64,000 bases of DNA from the NCBI GenBank assembly GCA_030765185.1, contig JAVCDE010000024.1, positions 123,538-187,537 of the forward strand. The letters are read 5' to 3'. The notes beneath the pieces are model-generated. The model made no database searches, was not told the origin of the DNA, and saw only the letters and a list, made by a program, of their open reading frames with translations. Each line of letters opens with the position of its first letter. Positions within the stretch are counted from its first letter, which is position 1. This document shows positions 49,644 through 58,553 of the stretch, piece by piece. Position numbers and translations under genes: made by a program. Source of the DNA: Candidatus Aceula meridiana (GTDB lineage Bacteria; Omnitrophota; Gorgyraeia; Zapsychrales; Aceulaceae).

Positions 49644-51622
49644 ATAATGCCTTGAGTTGCCTTCAAAAGAATTTCTTGATCTTCAATAGGTTTTAAAACG
49701 ACATTGTCTTTTGCTAATTGATTAATAGCAGTGCCGATATCTGTTTCCGTGCTTACAAAAACATGCTCTTGGAATTTAAGATTTTCGACAAAAATCTCAT
49801 GTTTGGTTTTTATTTTTTTATTTTTTTGTTGCGCTAAAAAGACAATAACCTTTTTTCCAGAGCTTACAGCCTCAGAGACCATCGAGATGCTGTCTGATGA
49901 AGCAATAATGATGTCACAAAGACCTAAGATGCCCCCTACGGCTTCAGGAACATTATTATGTTTAGCGTTAATAAAAAGCTCGCATGGCGGATAACTTTTA
50001 AGTTCTCTTTCTAGAATCTCGTCAACATCCTTCGGCGTCCGGCGCGATGTGGTTAAAAGAATTCTCATGTCTAAAGCTTGTGCAGTATTTTTAAGCTGAC
50101 GCACCAACTCCACAGCCTGAGAGTAGGTAATGGTATGATTTTTTGACTCCCCGCCCAGTAAAATGCCAATCGACAATTTCTTTTTTGCTTTAAGATTCGT
50201 AAATTTTGCTAAAAGCGTCTGCGTTTGATTTTTTAAATATTGCGGATTAATTAAATTTGGCGCAAGTTTAGTAAAAACAACATTCTTTCGCTTGCCTGAA
50301 GAATAGCCCCTATCATGTTCCGGCAAAATAGCCAGATCAAAACGATTCATCCCCAAAGCACCTGGCCGCTGAATAACAATACTCTTTGCTCGGTAATCCT
50401 GCGACAAGAAATAATTCACTCCAGAGGTCGAAGATCCGCAGGAGATAACAAAATCACCTTTGACACTCATAACCTCTAAGAAAGATTTACGCTTTAAAAA
50501 CCATTTTAAGTAACGCAGTCTTCCTTGAGAAACTTTTTCATGTGTTAAAAAACTTAATGTCGAAAAAATACGCCGACGTTTTTCATCCTTAAATTCAACG
50601 TCAATAACCTGTAGTTCAGACTGAATACCTCGCTCCGTCAATGCCTCGGCAATTCCCTGAGCAACTGCCTGCGACTGGCGCAGATGTCCGGTGCGCTTAT
50701 CATTTAGGATAACAACGGTTGATTCCTTAGAATATTTCCAAATTTTATAAAGCCACATATATTGCGAAGGATATCGCGTGATACACTCCTCCATTGTTTT
50801 CGTAATATTCTCAAGATTTGTCCGGACGTCTTGATTGATGTCCTGTGTCTTAACAAGATCTAATGCCGGCTGAATAATAAGCCGGTGATAAGGCCCTTTC
50901 TCGTTAACAATGGTGCAAAAATAAATAGGGACATCAAATTTTAATCCAATTTTAATCGCGCCTACAGACATCGAGGAAAGGCGTCCAAAAAATTTGACCA
51001 ACTCTCCTGTCTTGCCCCCTTGGTCAACGACAATACCAACGATCTCATTTTTTTTCAGTGTCTTCAAAAAATCCCTAGCGCCCGAACCCGATGTAGAAAT
51101 CAAGCCCGCTCCCGCACTTTGCCGATAAGAATTTAAAAGGTCGTTAAGCCGCGAATGCCTTGCCTGTGGATTCACCATAACCCGATAGGGATGGCCTAGC
51201 AAAGACTCCATAAAATTACAAAGCTCCCAGCTACCAAAATGCATAGCAAGCAATATAACACCCTTGCCTTTTTTGATGGCTTCGTCAACATATTCTTTCC
51301 CTTCAACTTTGATATATTTATGTGGGTCTGTTATCGGCAGGCGTAAAAGTTCAATAAAATGCTGTCCAAAGTTTCGGTACAGTTCACGTAGAATACGTTT
51401 GATCTCGCTCGTCTTCTTTGTTTTTGCAAAAGCAATCTTAAGGTTTGAATACGCAATCTTCTTATGCTTAGCGTCAAGATAATACCCTAAAAGTCCGACG
51501 AAGCGTCCGAAGCCAATTGCCGTGGAAAGCGGTAACGCGCGGACAATTGTTGCAAAAAACTTAACAGCCCAATAAGCAGAAAATTCGTTTTTCAATCTCT
51601 TCCTTTCCTTTAGTAATATCAA
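49640..51622 (-). CDS. Fusion of lipid A late acyltransferase (LpxL/HtrB family) with an ELM1/DUF1022 (COG3660)-like GT-B domain
   Basis: N-terminal ~300 aa: FSAYWAVKFF…, HFGSWE (H-x4-E acyltransferase motif). C-terminal ~360 aa begins VVILNDKRTGHLRQSQAVAQGIAEAL, reminiscent of the ELM1-family N-terminus. The start may be an internal Met, since it overlaps the lpxK 3-prime end by 62 nt. Confidence 0.7.
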   Translation of the reverse strand: MILLKERKRLKNEFSAYWAVKFFATIVRALPLSTAIGFGRFVGLLGYYLDAKHKKIAYSNLKIAFAKTKKTSEIKRILRELYRNFGQHFIELLRLPITDPHKYIKVEGKEYVDEAIKKGKGVILLAMHFGSWELCNFMESLLGHPYRVMVNPQARHSRLNDLLNSYRQSAGAGLISTSGSGARDFLKTLKKNEIVGIVVDQGGKTGELVKFFGRLSSMSVGAIKIGLKFDVPIYFCTIVNEKGPYHRLIIQPALDLVKTQDINQDVRTNLENITKTMEECITRYPSQYMWLYKIWKYSKESTVVILNDKRTGHLRQSQAVAQGIAEALTERGIQSELQVIDVEFKDEKRRRIFSTLSFLTHEKVSQGRLRYLKWFLKRKSFLEVMSVKGDFVISCGSSTSGVNYFLSQDYRAKSIVIQRPGALGMNRFDLAILPEHDRGYSSGKRKNVVFTKLAPNLINPQYLKNQTQTLLAKFTNLKAKKKLSIGILLGGESKNHTITYSQAVELVRQLKNTAQALDMRILLTTSRRTPKDVDEILERELKSYPPCELFINAKHNNVPEAVGGILGLCDIIIASSDSISMVSEAVSSGKKVIVFLAQQKNKKIKTKHEIFVENLKFQEHVFVSTETDIGTAINQLAKDNVVLKPIEDQEILLKATQGII

Positions 51623-52625
51623 TCTTAATTTTCAACATAAGAACCATCAAATCCCTATCAAAACCATGAAAATATTGATTAAGCTTTACGGCATCCTTTT
51701 GAGTCGTCACAATCGTTGTGATATGCCTTTCCTGACAATAGCGGTTAATCTTTTGAACATCTCCACTGTCATAGACATGATGATCCCTAAAAATAAAATT
51801 CTTAACTACCTGCGCGCCAAGCCCGGTCAAAGTCTTCTCAAAAGATTCCGGAGACGCAATCGCTGAAAAACAGCAGACATTTCTTTTTTCTAAAAAAGAT
51901 AAAGGCTTGCTCTCTTGAGAATTCCTAGCATCTAAAAGTGCAACTGGCTGATGAACTGCTTCAGCAATGGAAATCGTCGGGCAGAGACTCAATACTTTTT
52001 CACGAATTTCTTCAATATTTACCTTTCCTAAATCTGATTTTGTCAACATAACAAAATCAGCTCGCTTCAGAGCGCTTAACGGTTCCCTTAAAAATCCCCG
52101 AGGAATTAACTGCCCATTTAAATGAGAAGCCGTGCTATCTATGGTAATAATGTCTAAATCCCGTTTTAATTTAAAATGTTGAAATCCGTCATCTAAAATA
52201 AAAACATCGATCTTCTCTTCTTGAAAAGCCTTAGATGCTTGAGCGAACCGATCTTTGCCGATAAGGACCAAAACATCTTCAAGGTTTGCCTCTAAAAGAC
52301 GTGCCTCATCATAAACACCTTCTTCAAGGCTATATCCTCGCGTTAAAATTGCAGGCCTTAGTCCCTCTTGCCGGCAAAGTTCAGCCAAATATTGGACTAA
52401 AGGTGTTTTTCCGCTACCGCCTAAAGTAATGTTGCCTACGCTGATGACTTTGCAAGGCAATGTCTTTTGCGGTAAAACCCCCGCCTGATAAGCCCACACC
52501 AGCAACCTTATACCTAGCCCGTAGATAAAAGAAAATAGCCATAAAATAACTTTTACCACTTTAGCTGCAATGCTATTATTTTTATCTTTCGCTAATGACA
52601 ACCAATAGGAATCTATATTTCTCAT
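51561..52625 (-). CDS. lpxK: Tetraacyldisaccharide 4-prime-kinase
   Basis: ISVGNITLGGSGKTP P-loop, 354 aa, between waaA and lpxL. Confidence 0.92.
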   Translation of the reverse strand: MRNIDSYWLSLAKDKNNSIAAKVVKVILWLFSFIYGLGIRLLVWAYQAGVLPQKTLPCKVISVGNITLGGSGKTPLVQYLAELCRQEGLRPAILTRGYSLEEGVYDEARLLEANLEDVLVLIGKDRFAQASKAFQEEKIDVFILDDGFQHFKLKRDLDIITIDSTASHLNGQLIPRGFLREPLSALKRADFVMLTKSDLGKVNIEEIREKVLSLCPTISIAEAVHQPVALLDARNSQESKPLSFLEKRNVCCFSAIASPESFEKTLTGLGAQVVKNFIFRDHHVYDSGDVQKINRYCQERHITTIVTTQKDAVKLNQYFHGFDRDLMVLMLKIKIDITKGKEEIEKRIFCLLGC

Positions 52626-53878
52626 ACTAAGATATTGGAAATAATGTTAATGGTTTTATCTACTGCACCTTGCTGGTTTTCAATAACTTCACGGGCTTTT
52701 AATCCTAGTTCCTCGCATCGGGCTTCGTCCTTTAAAAGCTCCTGAACAACCTTTACAAATTCTTTTTCATCTTTAACCTGAATGATAGCATTGTTGTCTA
52801 AAAAGAGTTGCGTTACATCAAGAAAATTATCCATATACGGGCCAACAATGATGGGTTTTTCAAAATACGCCGGCTCAATAATATTATGCCCACCTCTTCT
52901 TGTTAAACTCTTTCCAACAAAAACAATTTTTGCCAAACTGTATAATGCCCTCAAGTGTCCTATCGTATCAACGACGACAACCGTATCTTGATTAAAGACT
53001 AAATCATGGGTCTGCGAAAACTTAACAGCTTCAAGTTTTTTAGCCTCAACTAAAGCGCAAACCTCATCAGTTCTCTCAGGATGGCGTGGGGCAATGATGA
53101 GCCTAAGTGACGGAAACTTTTTTTTAATTTTTTTAAAAAGATTTAAAACAATTTCTTCCTCACCTGAATGCGTGCTTCCGGCCACTAAGATTTCTTCATT
53201 GTCATCAACGCGTAGACCTTTAAGCTGTGAATCGTTAATCTCAGGAATATCATCAAATTTAATATTGCCAACAACGTGTACTTTATTGCTCGATGCTCCT
53301 AGCGTCCTAATCCGATTTGCATCGCGATCGGTCTGCATGCAAAATTGCCATACATATCCCAAAACTGGCTTGATAAAAACTTTCAAACGTTGATATCCCT
53401 CAAATGCTTTATCAGAAATACGTCCGTTAACCTGAACGATCGGAATACCCCTCTTGTGAAGCGCAGTTAAAAGATTCGGCCAAATCTCAGTTTCTGTATT
53501 AATAAAAATTTGTGGTTGTAAAATGCGGATATACTTTCTAACAACAAAGCTGAAATCTAAAGGTGCGAAAATAACAACATCTTCATCTTTGGCAATCGAC
53601 TTCGCTAGATTGTATCCTGTCTTTGTAACCGTGGAGATAATAATTTGGTAGCCCAAAAAACATTGATGTATCTTTTTAATAAGGTTCTTCACAACTAAGA
53701 CCTCACCGACACTAACCGCATGAATCCAAATCTTTTTCTTATTGTTAAGCCCCAATGCCTTTGCATCTAGAGCCCCGAAACGCATCAAAAAACCTTTGTG
53801 GAGCTTGCCTTTCACAACAAGTATCAGAAAATAAAAAATAGAAAATAAAAGAAATACTAAATCGTAAAGAATAAACAT
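52622..53878 (-). CDS. waaA: 3-deoxy-D-manno-octulosonic acid (Kdo) transferase
   Basis: GT30. N-terminal membrane anchor + KdtA N-domain (…RFG…IWIHAVSVGE…), 418 aa. Confidence 0.92.
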   Translation of the reverse strand: MFILYDLVFLLFSIFYFLILVVKGKLHKGFLMRFGALDAKALGLNNKKKIWIHAVSVGEVLVVKNLIKKIHQCFLGYQIIISTVTKTGYNLAKSIAKDEDVVIFAPLDFSFVVRKYIRILQPQIFINTETEIWPNLLTALHKRGIPIVQVNGRISDKAFEGYQRLKVFIKPVLGYVWQFCMQTDRDANRIRTLGASSNKVHVVGNIKFDDIPEINDSQLKGLRVDDNEEILVAGSTHSGEEEIVLNLFKKIKKKFPSLRLIIAPRHPERTDEVCALVEAKKLEAVKFSQTHDLVFNQDTVVVVDTIGHLRALYSLAKIVFVGKSLTRRGGHNIIEPAYFEKPIIVGPYMDNFLDVTQLFLDNNAIIQVKDEKEFVKVVQELLKDEARCEELGLKAREVIENQQGAVDKTINIISNILV

Positions 53879-54738
53879 TATGCCCTCGGGTGTGCCTTAT
53901 TGTAGATGTTTTTTAATTTTTCCGTTGTCATGTGCGTATAAATCTGGGTCGTTGATAAATTCACGTGGCCTAAAAGTTCCTGAACGCTGCGCAAATCTGC
54001 CCCAGCATTTAAAAGATGTGTCGCAAACGAATGGCGCATCGCATGGGGTGAAATCTTACTCTGAATACTTGTATTTAAAATGTGCTTGTTTACGATATTG
54101 CGGATGCTTCTATCGGTTAAGCGACCGCCACGCTGATTTAAAAAAACCGCCTCGCTTTTATGCTTTCTTGTATTTAAATAGTCTCGGATAACATTAAGGG
54201 CTGTGTCTCCGATAGGAATAAGTCTTTCTTTCCTTCCCTTTCCCATAACCTTCACAATATTGCCAATAAAATCAATACGGTCGGTATTCAGGCTTACAAG
54301 TTCGCTTACGCGCATCCCCGTCGAATAAAGAGCTTCCAAAATCGCACGGTCCCGTTTAGATGCTTCATCTTTCCCTTTAGGGCTATCCATCAGCCTGCCT
54401 GCATCTGACTCGGATAAAAACTGCGGAAGCTTTTTATCAAGCTTTGGCGTCATTAAAAGAATCGCTGGGTTTTTTTTAATCAACCCTTCACGAAACAAAA
54501 ATTTAAAAAAACTACGAAGCGCAGAAAGCTTACGCGCGATGGTTCTTGGCCTTAAATCTTTTCCGCGCAAATTTCCTAAAAACCGGCGTAAATGAAAATA
54601 ATCTACACGCTCAAGAGGTCTTTCTTTTAAATACGCAAGAAACTCTATTAGATCAATCTTATAATTCAAGATCGTATGCGGCGAATAATTCTTTTCGACC
54701 TCAAGATAAGTTAAAAACTTTTCGAGATAACGATTCAT
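53878..54738 (-). CDS. Tyrosine site-specific recombinase, XerC/XerD family
   Basis: C-terminal catalytic R…HxxR…Y region (HAMRHSFATHLL…LLGHVNLSTTQIYTH), 286 aa. Confidence 0.88.
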   Translation of the reverse strand: MNRYLEKFLTYLEVEKNYSPHTILNYKIDLIEFLAYLKERPLERVDYFHLRRFLGNLRGKDLRPRTIARKLSALRSFFKFLFREGLIKKNPAILLMTPKLDKKLPQFLSESDAGRLMDSPKGKDEASKRDRAILEALYSTGMRVSELVSLNTDRIDFIGNIVKVMGKGRKERLIPIGDTALNVIRDYLNTRKHKSEAVFLNQRGGRLTDRSIRNIVNKHILNTSIQSKISPHAMRHSFATHLLNAGADLRSVQELLGHVNLSTTQIYTHMTTEKLKNIYNKAHPRA

Positions 54739-54744
54739 AAAATT

Positions 54745-56697
54745 TTATTTTGGCAAACGTCTTGAAGTAAATGTACACTTCGGATAACAGCTACATCCAT
54801 AAAATGTTGCCCCGCGCCTTGACCGACGCTCAACCAGCTCTCCGGTGCATCCATCCTCTGGGCAATCAATACCTGTTGGAAACGCCTCAGAATGTTTACA
54901 CTCAGGAAATTGCGAACAGCTTAAGAATTTTCCATTGCGTCCCCACTTAACAGCCAGGGGCTTTCCGCATAAAGGACAATTTTTATCAAAAAGCGTTATG
55001 ACCTTTTCAATTTTCTCAGTTGCATAATCAAGCTCTTCTTTAAACGGTTCATAAAATTCGTTTAAAAGCTTTGAATAATCCAACTCTCCCTCTTCAATCA
55101 AATCGAGATGCTCTTCCATCATCGCTGTAAAACCAAAATCCATAATCCTTGGAAAATACTCGACAAGCAAATCACAAATCGTTGTCCCGAGCTCTGTGGA
55201 GCTAAAATATCCTTTTTCCCGATACACATAATTACGCATGGCAAGCGTATTGATAATCGGCGCATAAGTACTCGGGCGGCCAATACCATTTTCTTCTAAA
55301 CCACGCACAAGCGTTGCTTCTGAAAAATGTGGTGGCGGCTTAGTAAAGTGTTGAGTAGGTTTGACTTCGATGAGATTCAAAGGATCATCTTTTACAAACT
55401 GAGATAAATCCATTTCAGAATCTTTACCCCTCTCATCTTGGTTTAAAGTTAAGTGACCGTCAAATTTTATACTCGAGGCTGACGCACTAAATTCAAAACG
55501 GCCGGCAGCAACAGAAATCCTCTTCTGCTTAAAAACAGCCGGGGTCATCTGACAACTTACAAACTTTCGCCAGATAAGCTCATAAATTTTATACTGCTCA
55601 TCCGTTAAAAAAGATTTAATGTCTTCTGGCCTTCGAAAAACATCACTGGGGCGAATAGCTTCGTGAGCTTCTTGTGCGCTCTTCTTGGATTTATAAACGT
55701 TTGGTGTCTCTGGCAAATATTCCTTACCATAACCTTCTTCAATAAATTTTCTTACACGGTTTTTAGCTTCGTTGGCGATGTTAACAGAATCTGTACGCAT
55801 ATATGTAATCAAACCAATGGTTTCGCCATCGCCCAAATCAATCCCTTCATAAAGTTGCTGAGCCATCATCATTGTACGCCCAGTGTTAAACCCAAGCTTG
55901 TTAAATGCAGCTTGCTGCAGCGTACTCGTGATTAAAGGCGGCGAAGGATTACGGCGGATTTCTTTTTCGGAAACATCAGAAATCACAAATTGCTCACCCT
56001 TAATTTCTTCAACAATACCATCAGTTTGCGATTGACTTTTAAGGTCTGGCTTGTCTTCTGCGATTTTATCTAAAGAAGCATTTAAAATATCTTCGCTATT
56101 TTCTTTTTTAAGATCAACTGAAACTTGCCAATATTCTTGAGGAATAAAAGCTGCAATGGCTTTATCCCTCTCAACAATCAATCGGAGGGCTACAGATTGT
56201 ACCCGGCCGGCGCTAAGGCCTGCCCCAACTTTTTTCCACAAAAGCGGGCTTAGCTGGTAACCCACTAAGCGGTCTAAAACACGACGGGCAATCTGGGCAT
56301 CAATCTTCTTAGAATCAAACTCGCGAAGATTCTCAAAGGCCTTTAAAACAGCTTCTTTGGTAATTTCATGGAAGCTAACGCGATAAACATTCTTGTCTTT
56401 GCCAATTTCGTTCGCCAGGTTCCACCCGATAGCCTCTCCCTCGCGGTCAGGGTCAGTGGCGATATAAATGTTCGTTTTTGTCTTAGCCTCCTTTTTAAGC
56501 TTAGTGAGAAGCTTTTGCTTGCTGCGGATGACAATAAGCTTCGGCTTAAAATTATTTTCTAAGTCGATACCCAAAGTTGATTTAGGAAGGTCTATCAAAT
56601 GCCCCATAGAAGAGACAACCTTATACGCCTTGCCTAAAATTTTGTTAATCGTTTTCACCTTTGCCGGTGACTCTACAATAACAAGAGATTTTGCCAT
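54745..56697 (-). CDS. topA: DNA topoisomerase I
   Basis: TOPRIM start (SLVIVESPAKVKTI), catalytic Tyr region, C-terminal C4 zinc ribbons, 650 aa. Confidence 0.95.
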   Translation of the reverse strand: MAKSLVIVESPAKVKTINKILGKAYKVVSSMGHLIDLPKSTLGIDLENNFKPKLIVIRSKQKLLTKLKKEAKTKTNIYIATDPDREGEAIGWNLANEIGKDKNVYRVSFHEITKEAVLKAFENLREFDSKKIDAQIARRVLDRLVGYQLSPLLWKKVGAGLSAGRVQSVALRLIVERDKAIAAFIPQEYWQVSVDLKKENSEDILNASLDKIAEDKPDLKSQSQTDGIVEEIKGEQFVISDVSEKEIRRNPSPPLITSTLQQAAFNKLGFNTGRTMMMAQQLYEGIDLGDGETIGLITYMRTDSVNIANEAKNRVRKFIEEGYGKEYLPETPNVYKSKKSAQEAHEAIRPSDVFRRPEDIKSFLTDEQYKIYELIWRKFVSCQMTPAVFKQKRISVAAGRFEFSASASSIKFDGHLTLNQDERGKDSEMDLSQFVKDDPLNLIEVKPTQHFTKPPPHFSEATLVRGLEENGIGRPSTYAPIINTLAMRNYVYREKGYFSSTELGTTICDLLVEYFPRIMDFGFTAMMEEHLDLIEEGELDYSKLLNEFYEPFKEELDYATEKIEKVITLFDKNCPLCGKPLAVKWGRNGKFLSCSQFPECKHSEAFPTGIDCPEDGCTGELVERRSRRGATFYGCSCYPKCTFTSRRLPK

Positions 56698-56805
56698 AAA
56701 GCCCTCATTTCGGTAATAGATAATATATAGACATTATTATAAATATTTATATAAATTAATAGTATTGGTTAAAGAGATCCTTCGTCACTTTCGTTCCTCA
56801 GGATA

Positions 56806-56837
56806 ATATCAGAGACCTTAAGCCTAGTCTCTGATAT
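56806..56837 (-). promoter_or_regulatory. Perfect 11-bp-stem hairpin (ATATCAGAGAC / GTCTCTGATAT, 10-nt loop) 13 nt downstream of dprA, upstream of the topA promoter region
   Basis: Seen directly in the sequence. No U-tract follows on the minus strand, so it is not a classical intrinsic terminator. Confidence 0.35.
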
Positions 56838-56849
56838 CATAAACGATTT

Positions 56850-57998
56850 TTAAGTTTGTGCAAATAGTTTTCCTGGGAGTTGTTTAATACGCTTTTTAAG
56901 GCTTAGGGAAAGCAGTGCAGCAGAAAGCTTTGCGGTAGTTATTTGGCATTCCAGTGCCAGTTGATCAATGTGAATCCCTTTGCTAGAAATTCTCTTGAGA
57001 ACTTCCCTCTCCTGATCGCTTAGGCCAGAGAAATCCTTTAGGTTTTCCTCATCTTGGCTTGATACAGAACGTTTAAGCTCAAGCCCTAACTCCTCGATTA
57101 CATCATAAACATTGCTAATAAGCTTCGCACCCTGCTTGATAAGATCATTCACCCCTAAAGATGACGGGCTATCGACTTGGCCTGGCACGGCAAAGACATC
57201 TTTTCCCTGTTCAAGAGCAAAATCTGCGGTGATGAGGGCTCCGCTTCTTTTAGCAGCTTCGACAACGATTACTCCTAGAGATAGGCCGCTAACGATACGG
57301 TTGCGACGCGGAAAGTTGCACGCCAAAGGTGCAGTTTGCATAGGAAATTCTGATATCACAGCTCCAGCATCAGCGATCGCATCAAATATTTTTTTATTTT
57401 CGGCAGGATAAATGCGTGCCAGGCCACTTCCTAAAACTGCAATCGTGCGCCCCCTTGCCCTCAACGCTCCTCGGTGGGCTGCGGTATCAATTCCACGCGC
57501 CATACCGGAAACCACTGTAATTCCATAATCACAAAATCCAGCGCTAAACTTTTCAGCGACAGAAACTCCGTAAATAGACGCCCGCCGTGAACCAACAATT
57601 GCAATAGCCATATCATCTTGTTTTTTAATTTTTCCCTTAACGTATAAAACAGGTGGCGGATCAGCAATCTCTTTAAGGAGTTCAGAATAACTTTTGTCGT
57701 TAAGACAGATAACCTCGACGTTGTGACGCTTGATAAGCTCATATTCTTTTTCTAAGAAAGCATCTGCCTCAAACTCTTCTATATTACCTGCAATTTTTGG
57801 CGGCACAATACCACTTGCCACGAGGTCTTTAGCAGAAACAGACAAAACTTTTTGAGGTGTTTTGAAATAAGAAATAAGCTTTGCAATGCGGACTGGCCCT
57901 AAGCCTGAAATTGCATTTAGAACAAGAAAGGCATCAAGATTTGTTATTGGGCACAGCTTTGAGGGCTTCATCAACAACCTGCGCAATCGTTTTTTCAC
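56850..57998 (-). CDS. dprA: DNA processing protein DprA (Smf)
   Basis: Rossmann-like DprA core (AIVGSRRAS…VVSGMARGIDTAAH…) and C-terminal winged-helix domain, 382 aa. Confidence 0.92.
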   Translation of the reverse strand: MKKRLRRLLMKPSKLCPITNLDAFLVLNAISGLGPVRIAKLISYFKTPQKVLSVSAKDLVASGIVPPKIAGNIEEFEADAFLEKEYELIKRHNVEVICLNDKSYSELLKEIADPPPVLYVKGKIKKQDDMAIAIVGSRRASIYGVSVAEKFSAGFCDYGITVVSGMARGIDTAAHRGALRARGRTIAVLGSGLARIYPAENKKIFDAIADAGAVISEFPMQTAPLACNFPRRNRIVSGLSLGVIVVEAAKRSGALITADFALEQGKDVFAVPGQVDSPSSLGVNDLIKQGAKLISNVYDVIEELGLELKRSVSSQDEENLKDFSGLSDQEREVLKRISSKGIHIDQLALECQITTAKLSAALLSLSLKKRIKQLPGKLFAQT

Positions 57999-58446
57999 TC
58001 GTGTCTATAGTAATGTCGGCTTTCGCGTAAAACGGCTCACGGAAGCTCAAAAGTTCATTAATTTTTCCCTTAGGGTCTTCGACATTTAAAAGCGGACGGT
58101 GCTTATGATTCTTTGTGCGGTCATGAATTTTATCGGTCGAGGTTTTAAGATAGATAATAACGCCGCTTTTCTTTAAATTTGCAACGTTTTCATCCTGTAA
58201 AACAATACCACCGCCGCAATCAATCACTAGGTTTTCTTTTTCGCTTATTTCACCAACAATCTGTTTTTCAAGATCACGAAAGTATTTCTCTCCCTCTTTT
58301 TCAAAAATATCTGTAATCGGCTTTCCCTCTTTCGCTACAATCAAAGCGTCTGTAGACACAAGCTTGTGTCCTAAACGGCCAGCCACTTCTTTGGCTACAA
58401 CAGTTTTTCCGGCACCCATAAATCCAACTAAAGCAATATTTGTTTT
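57934..58446 (-). CDS. aroK: Shikimate kinase
   Basis: NIALVGFMGAGKT P-loop. ~170 aa from the internal MKTNIAL start (the ORF is open to 58485). Confidence 0.88.
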   Translation of the reverse strand, partial: KTNIALVGFMGAGKTVVAKEVAGRLGHKLVSTDALIVAKEGKPITDIFEKEGEKYFRDLEKQIVGEISEKENLVIDCGGGIVLQDENVANLKKSGVIIYLKTSTDKIHDRTKNHKHRPLLNVEDPKGKINELLSFREPFYAKADITIDTSEKTIAQVVDEALKAVPNNKS

Positions 58447-58477
58447 CATAGCAAGAATTGTAACATATGCCCTGATT

Positions 58478-58527
58478 GGCGTCAATCAAAGCAAAACCCC
58501 TCTGTCAGGACGAACTTGACAAAGGGG
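58478..58527 (-). terminator. Rho-independent terminator downstream of the giant PEP-utilising-enzyme gene
   Basis: Minus RNA CCCCUUUGUCA-AGUUCGUCC-UGACAGAGGGG (11-bp stem, one G·U/mismatch) followed by UUUUGCUUUGAUU. Confidence 0.7.
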
Positions 58528-58553
58528 TCTGAGAGACTATTAAATACCTATCT

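Noticed and set aside
51561-51622. 62-nt overlap between lpxK 3-prime end and the LpxL-fusion start, considered as a frameshift or fused gene
   Set aside because: Both reading frames give complete, independently recognisable proteins. An internal Met/alternative start in the downstream ORF removes most of the overlap. Short overlaps are the norm throughout this window.
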